Positions 61,258 through 64,000 of a DNA stretch of 64,000 bases are shown piece by piece (within the stretch, counting starts at the first letter, position 1; every line of letters begins with the position of its first letter). The DNA is from a virus. Taxonomy: Duplodnaviria; Caudoviricetes. Both the position numbers and the translations under genes were made by a program. Below the pieces are notes generated by a model, which worked only from the letters and a program-made list of their open reading frames with translations, did not search any database and was not told the DNA's origin. The stretch lies in IMG/VR virus record IMGVR_UViG_3300029705_000042; one strand, 5' to 3'.

Positions 61258-61272
61258 ATCCTTTATTATAGT

Positions 61273-61467
61273 TTATCCTTCTATATGCTCCGTTACCTCA
61301 CCAGTTAAGATATGACTTTTAAGTGATATATATTTTCCATCACGCTTAAATACAATTACATTTACGGCTGGCTGCTCAAACCATTCGTCCGTTTCTCTTT
61401 CACCATAATGCTCTACATAATACTTGTACAAATTACTGTTAAATTGTTCTTTAGTTAAAATTGCCAT
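61273..61467 (-). CDS. small hypothetical protein, paralog of 61493-61678
   Basis: Shared YY..H.GER.TD.W...PAVN...F.RDGK ... TGEVTE. Confidence 0.75.
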   Translation of the reverse strand: MAILTKEQFNSNLYKYYVEHYGERETDEWFEQPAVNVIVFKRDGKYISLKSHILTGEVTEHIEG

Positions 61468-61492
61468 TACAACACCTCTTATATATTTTTAA

Positions 61493-61678
61493 TTATTTTT
61501 CCGTTACTTCCCCAGTTTGCATATCACAAACAAGAATAATTGTTTTGCCATCACGGTCAAATTTCCAAGTGTTGACCGCAGGATTTACATACCAAGCATC
61601 CGTATCACGCTCTCCAAAATGCTTTTTATAGTATCTGTCAAGTCGTGTGTGCAACTGTTTTTCCGTTAAAGTTTTCAT
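61493..61678 (-). CDS. small hypothetical protein, paralog of 61273-61467
   Basis: Same shared motifs. Confidence 0.75.
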   Translation of the reverse strand: MKTLTEKQLHTRLDRYYKKHFGERDTDAWYVNPAVNTWKFDRDGKTIILVCDMQTGEVTEK

Positions 61679-61903
61679 TATATCTCACTCCTTATTTATA
61701 ATATACTTTAAAATATTGTCTTACATTGTTTTGGATAGCAGAACAAACAACCCACGCATATCCTTCCGATTTGATTTTTCCAATACAAATCACTTCACCA
61801 AGTTTTGCTTCGATTGCTGGAGATTCTTTAATACATTCCATATAGATATTATACCAAACCTTTTTCATGTTTCATCACTCCTTATATATTTTCCAAGCAA
61901 TAT

Positions 61904-63868
61904 TTAAATTGCATTGTCATCAATGATAAAATCCAATCTTGTTAATACATCGTCTTGTTCATTTGTAAACGGATTATAGATATAATATGTTAAGATTTTA
62001 TCTCCTTCTTTTGCTCCGTCTACACGCTCATAACTGATATAATTTCCACCATCTTTATTTGTATAACCACCATCATCAGTATTACAATTAAGGATTTCTC
62101 CATCTAACTTATGACTTGTAACCTTACCAATGATTTTTTCCACAACGATTTTTCCTTTTCTGTTCGCCATGACTTGCGGTGTTAGTTCGCTTGTATCATA
62201 GATTTCGATTGCGTTTACATCTTTAATCATATTGTCGTAAAATTCCATTTGTGAAACATTATCAACATATATTCCGTCATGTACTTTAGTTTCAGTTATT
62301 GATACATCATCTTTGAAATTCAAACCTATTGAAAATCCAACTGATAAACATATTCCAGTATGCAATACTTTTTGCAAGATTTTGTTCATCATCCTTCATT
62401 CCCTTCGGCTTTGTTTAATGATTCAAAACTGGATGGAAGGTGTATAATTATTCAATTTTCCATCCAATGTTCAATCATTAAATGTCATTCGCAAGGCTTC
62501 CAAACCTCTACATATTTTCCGTTTGATTTTTCGTCTATAAAATCCTTCTCGTTGCAATGATAATATCCAGTAGCACTTAAAACTTCCGCATCATTATCAC
62601 TAACAAAAGCAACTCCGATTTCTTTAGTTTCTGCGTTCTTGTAGACTAAAAGCATTTTCCATCACTCCTTTAATTATTTTTGAGTTCCATCATTGCTTTT
62701 ATTAACACTTCATTCTCTGCATACTTTTTGATATAACGATAGCTCTTATAATTCGTCATGTTCTTATAAACATTGCCGATAATCAAATCTCCGTTATAGT
62801 CAAAGTAGAAAAGTATACCAACAGATTTTCCATCTTCTTTAAATTCTATGTGATACTTGTCACCTAACAGCTCTTTGTATACTTTCATTCCGTCAACTTC
62901 TTTATAGAAATGATAGTGAACAGTTTTGGTCATAATTAAAACCTCCGTTTAATCTTCATCATCGTATTCGCAACAATCGTTGATAATATCCACTATATCT
63001 TTAACAGATAACCATTCATATTTTCCGTTGACATAAACGCTACATCCGCATTCATCGTTTAAATCTCCGTACTTTCTCTCTAACAGTTCTAACAATTCTT
63101 CTTTTTCAATAAACATTTTCCAATCTCCGTTTTAAAATGATATTTTTATATGCTTGACAATATATTGTTTATTGAATATGTCATAATCCAATAATTAAAT
63201 CCTTGCATTTTTCTTCTGTTGTTGTTCATCTCTGTTGAATAATCGCAACAATCAATAAATTTATCCGTGATTTTCGCAAATTCTTTTTGTCCAAAATTCT
63301 CGTAAATTCCGTTTTCTTTTGCTTTTTTAGTTAATATCTTTTTTGCTCTGCTTATTGCTGTGTCAATCTTTTTACAGTTTAAATAATTTTCCATAATATT
63401 CTCCTTTAAAATAGTAGTTTTATAACCTTATATTTTATACTTCTTCTCCGTATGCTTCGAGAAATTCCATCTTCAAATCATCGACATTTTCTCCAATGCT
63501 TTCAAGGATTTTAATTGCCCTTCGTGTCATTTCCTTTGTGTCTTGTTCTTGCCTAATCTGTTCTGCAATACTCATATTAAAATCCTCCGTCAAACCAAAC
63601 CTTGTAAATTCATTACTCTTACACATAAAGCATCAAATTCTGCCTTTGTGATTTTCTTCCATTTCCAGAGCCAATCAATAGAACAAATACACCAGTAAAG
63701 GTCTAAACCAGTATATTTACTTGTTTCCAAGCAATCAAGAGTATCAAGTACAAGAGCATATCTCTTGTTGATTTCCTTTGCCTTATCGGTTTTCTTATTT
63801 GTTACCTTTTTCATAACTGCCTCCAAAATAATGAACATTCCCTTTGTTCTGCATACATTATACCACAA
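61904..63868 (-). other. hypothetical genes (61904-62392 with signal-like N-terminus, 62670, 62949-63116, 63146, 63435, 63590)
   Basis: Minus-strand ORFs with RBS. Confidence 0.65.
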
Positions 63869-63885
63869 ACAATCTACTTTGTCAA
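63857..63885 (-). promoter_or_regulatory. sigmaA promoter
   Basis: TTGACA-17-TATAAT with extended -10 TG. Confidence 0.85.
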
Positions 63886-64000
63886 GTAGTTTTTAGAATT
63901 TTCTAACTGTTATTTTGCACAAAATTTTGACTTGTTTGTTGTGAAATTTGACTAATCCTCCGCTTAAAATGCGATTTTTATGTGGCGGTTTAAATTCTAC

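Larger units (their letters stand above)
751..63980. repeat. dispersed 16-bp palindrome TAAAA-N6-TTTTA at gene junctions (about 40 perfect copies)
   Basis: Starts: 751, 11916, 13861, 14019, 15794, 15989, 16174, 24684, 29530, 33664, 34170, 35249, 35843, 36349, 37183, 37406, 38824, 39275, 40544, 41124, 42067, 43825, 46670, 48847, 49144, 49557, 49788, 50737, 51303, 51519, 56955, 57628, 57893, 58116, 58384, 58797, 59478, 63133, 63407, 63965. Confidence 0.93.
1..64000 (-). mobile_element. segment of a large Firmicutes phage/prophage with an SPbeta-like replication module
   Basis: Unidirectional dense genes, phage-type replisome, HNH endonucleases, YopX, many tiny ORFs. Confidence 0.9.

Noticed and set aside
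61709-61723. Degenerate TAAAA-tattgt-CTTA site
   Set aside because: A 58-aa ORF starting at 61868 reads through it and it is not at a junction, so it was not counted
695-62560. Plus-strand ORFs in the track (e.g. 21384-21878, 22905-23702, 31749-32177, 33061-33513)
   Set aside because: Antisense shadows of well-supported minus-strand genes, with no recognisable motifs or plus-strand promoters
751-63980. Reading the palindromes as a CRISPR array or as classical integron attC sites
   Set aside because: They are separated by whole genes, no cas genes were seen, and they lack GTTRRRY/RYYYAAC ends and long attC stems
1-64000. Alternative genetic code or diversity-generating retroelement
   Set aside because: Long genes are intact in the standard code, TAG and TGA act as real stops, and no reverse transcriptase or TR/VR pair was seen

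Overview
This is a 64 kb, AT-rich piece of a large phage or prophage, most likely infecting a Firmicute (Clostridia-like). The evidence is sigmaA-consensus promoters, strong Shine-Dalgarno sites and an SPbeta-like gene order. All credible genes are on the minus strand, the code is standard, and no virion genes were recognised. The core block encodes class III RNR (nrdD/nrdG with NrdH-like and FTR-like partners), dUTPase, RecD2, DnaE, a DNA methyltransferase, a PD-(D/E)XK nuclease, primase, DnaB, an AAA ATPase and several free-standing HNH-AP2 endonucleases. Other content: a cysteine desulfurase, an MrpR-like repressor candidate, a five-gene NAD operon, a macrodomain, a radical SAM enzyme with two FETNSSSTHS proteins, a tyrosine recombinase, tRNA-Leu(TAA) and long arrays of small accessory genes. 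The main unexplained signal is about 40 perfect copies (hand count) of a 16-bp palindrome, TAAAA-N6-TTTTA, at accessory-gene junctions. One arm often supplies the upstream stop codon and the other runs into the next RBS. Three genes are flanked by related or same-spacer direct repeats, which suggests an integron-like, recombinase-shuffled gene-cassette system. Other leads are a possible deamidated (nicotinate-route) NAD reconstitution pathway, a radical SAM/leader-motif system and a recurring RTAAC-N7-GTTAY operator. Family assignments come from motif recognition by eye, not database searches.
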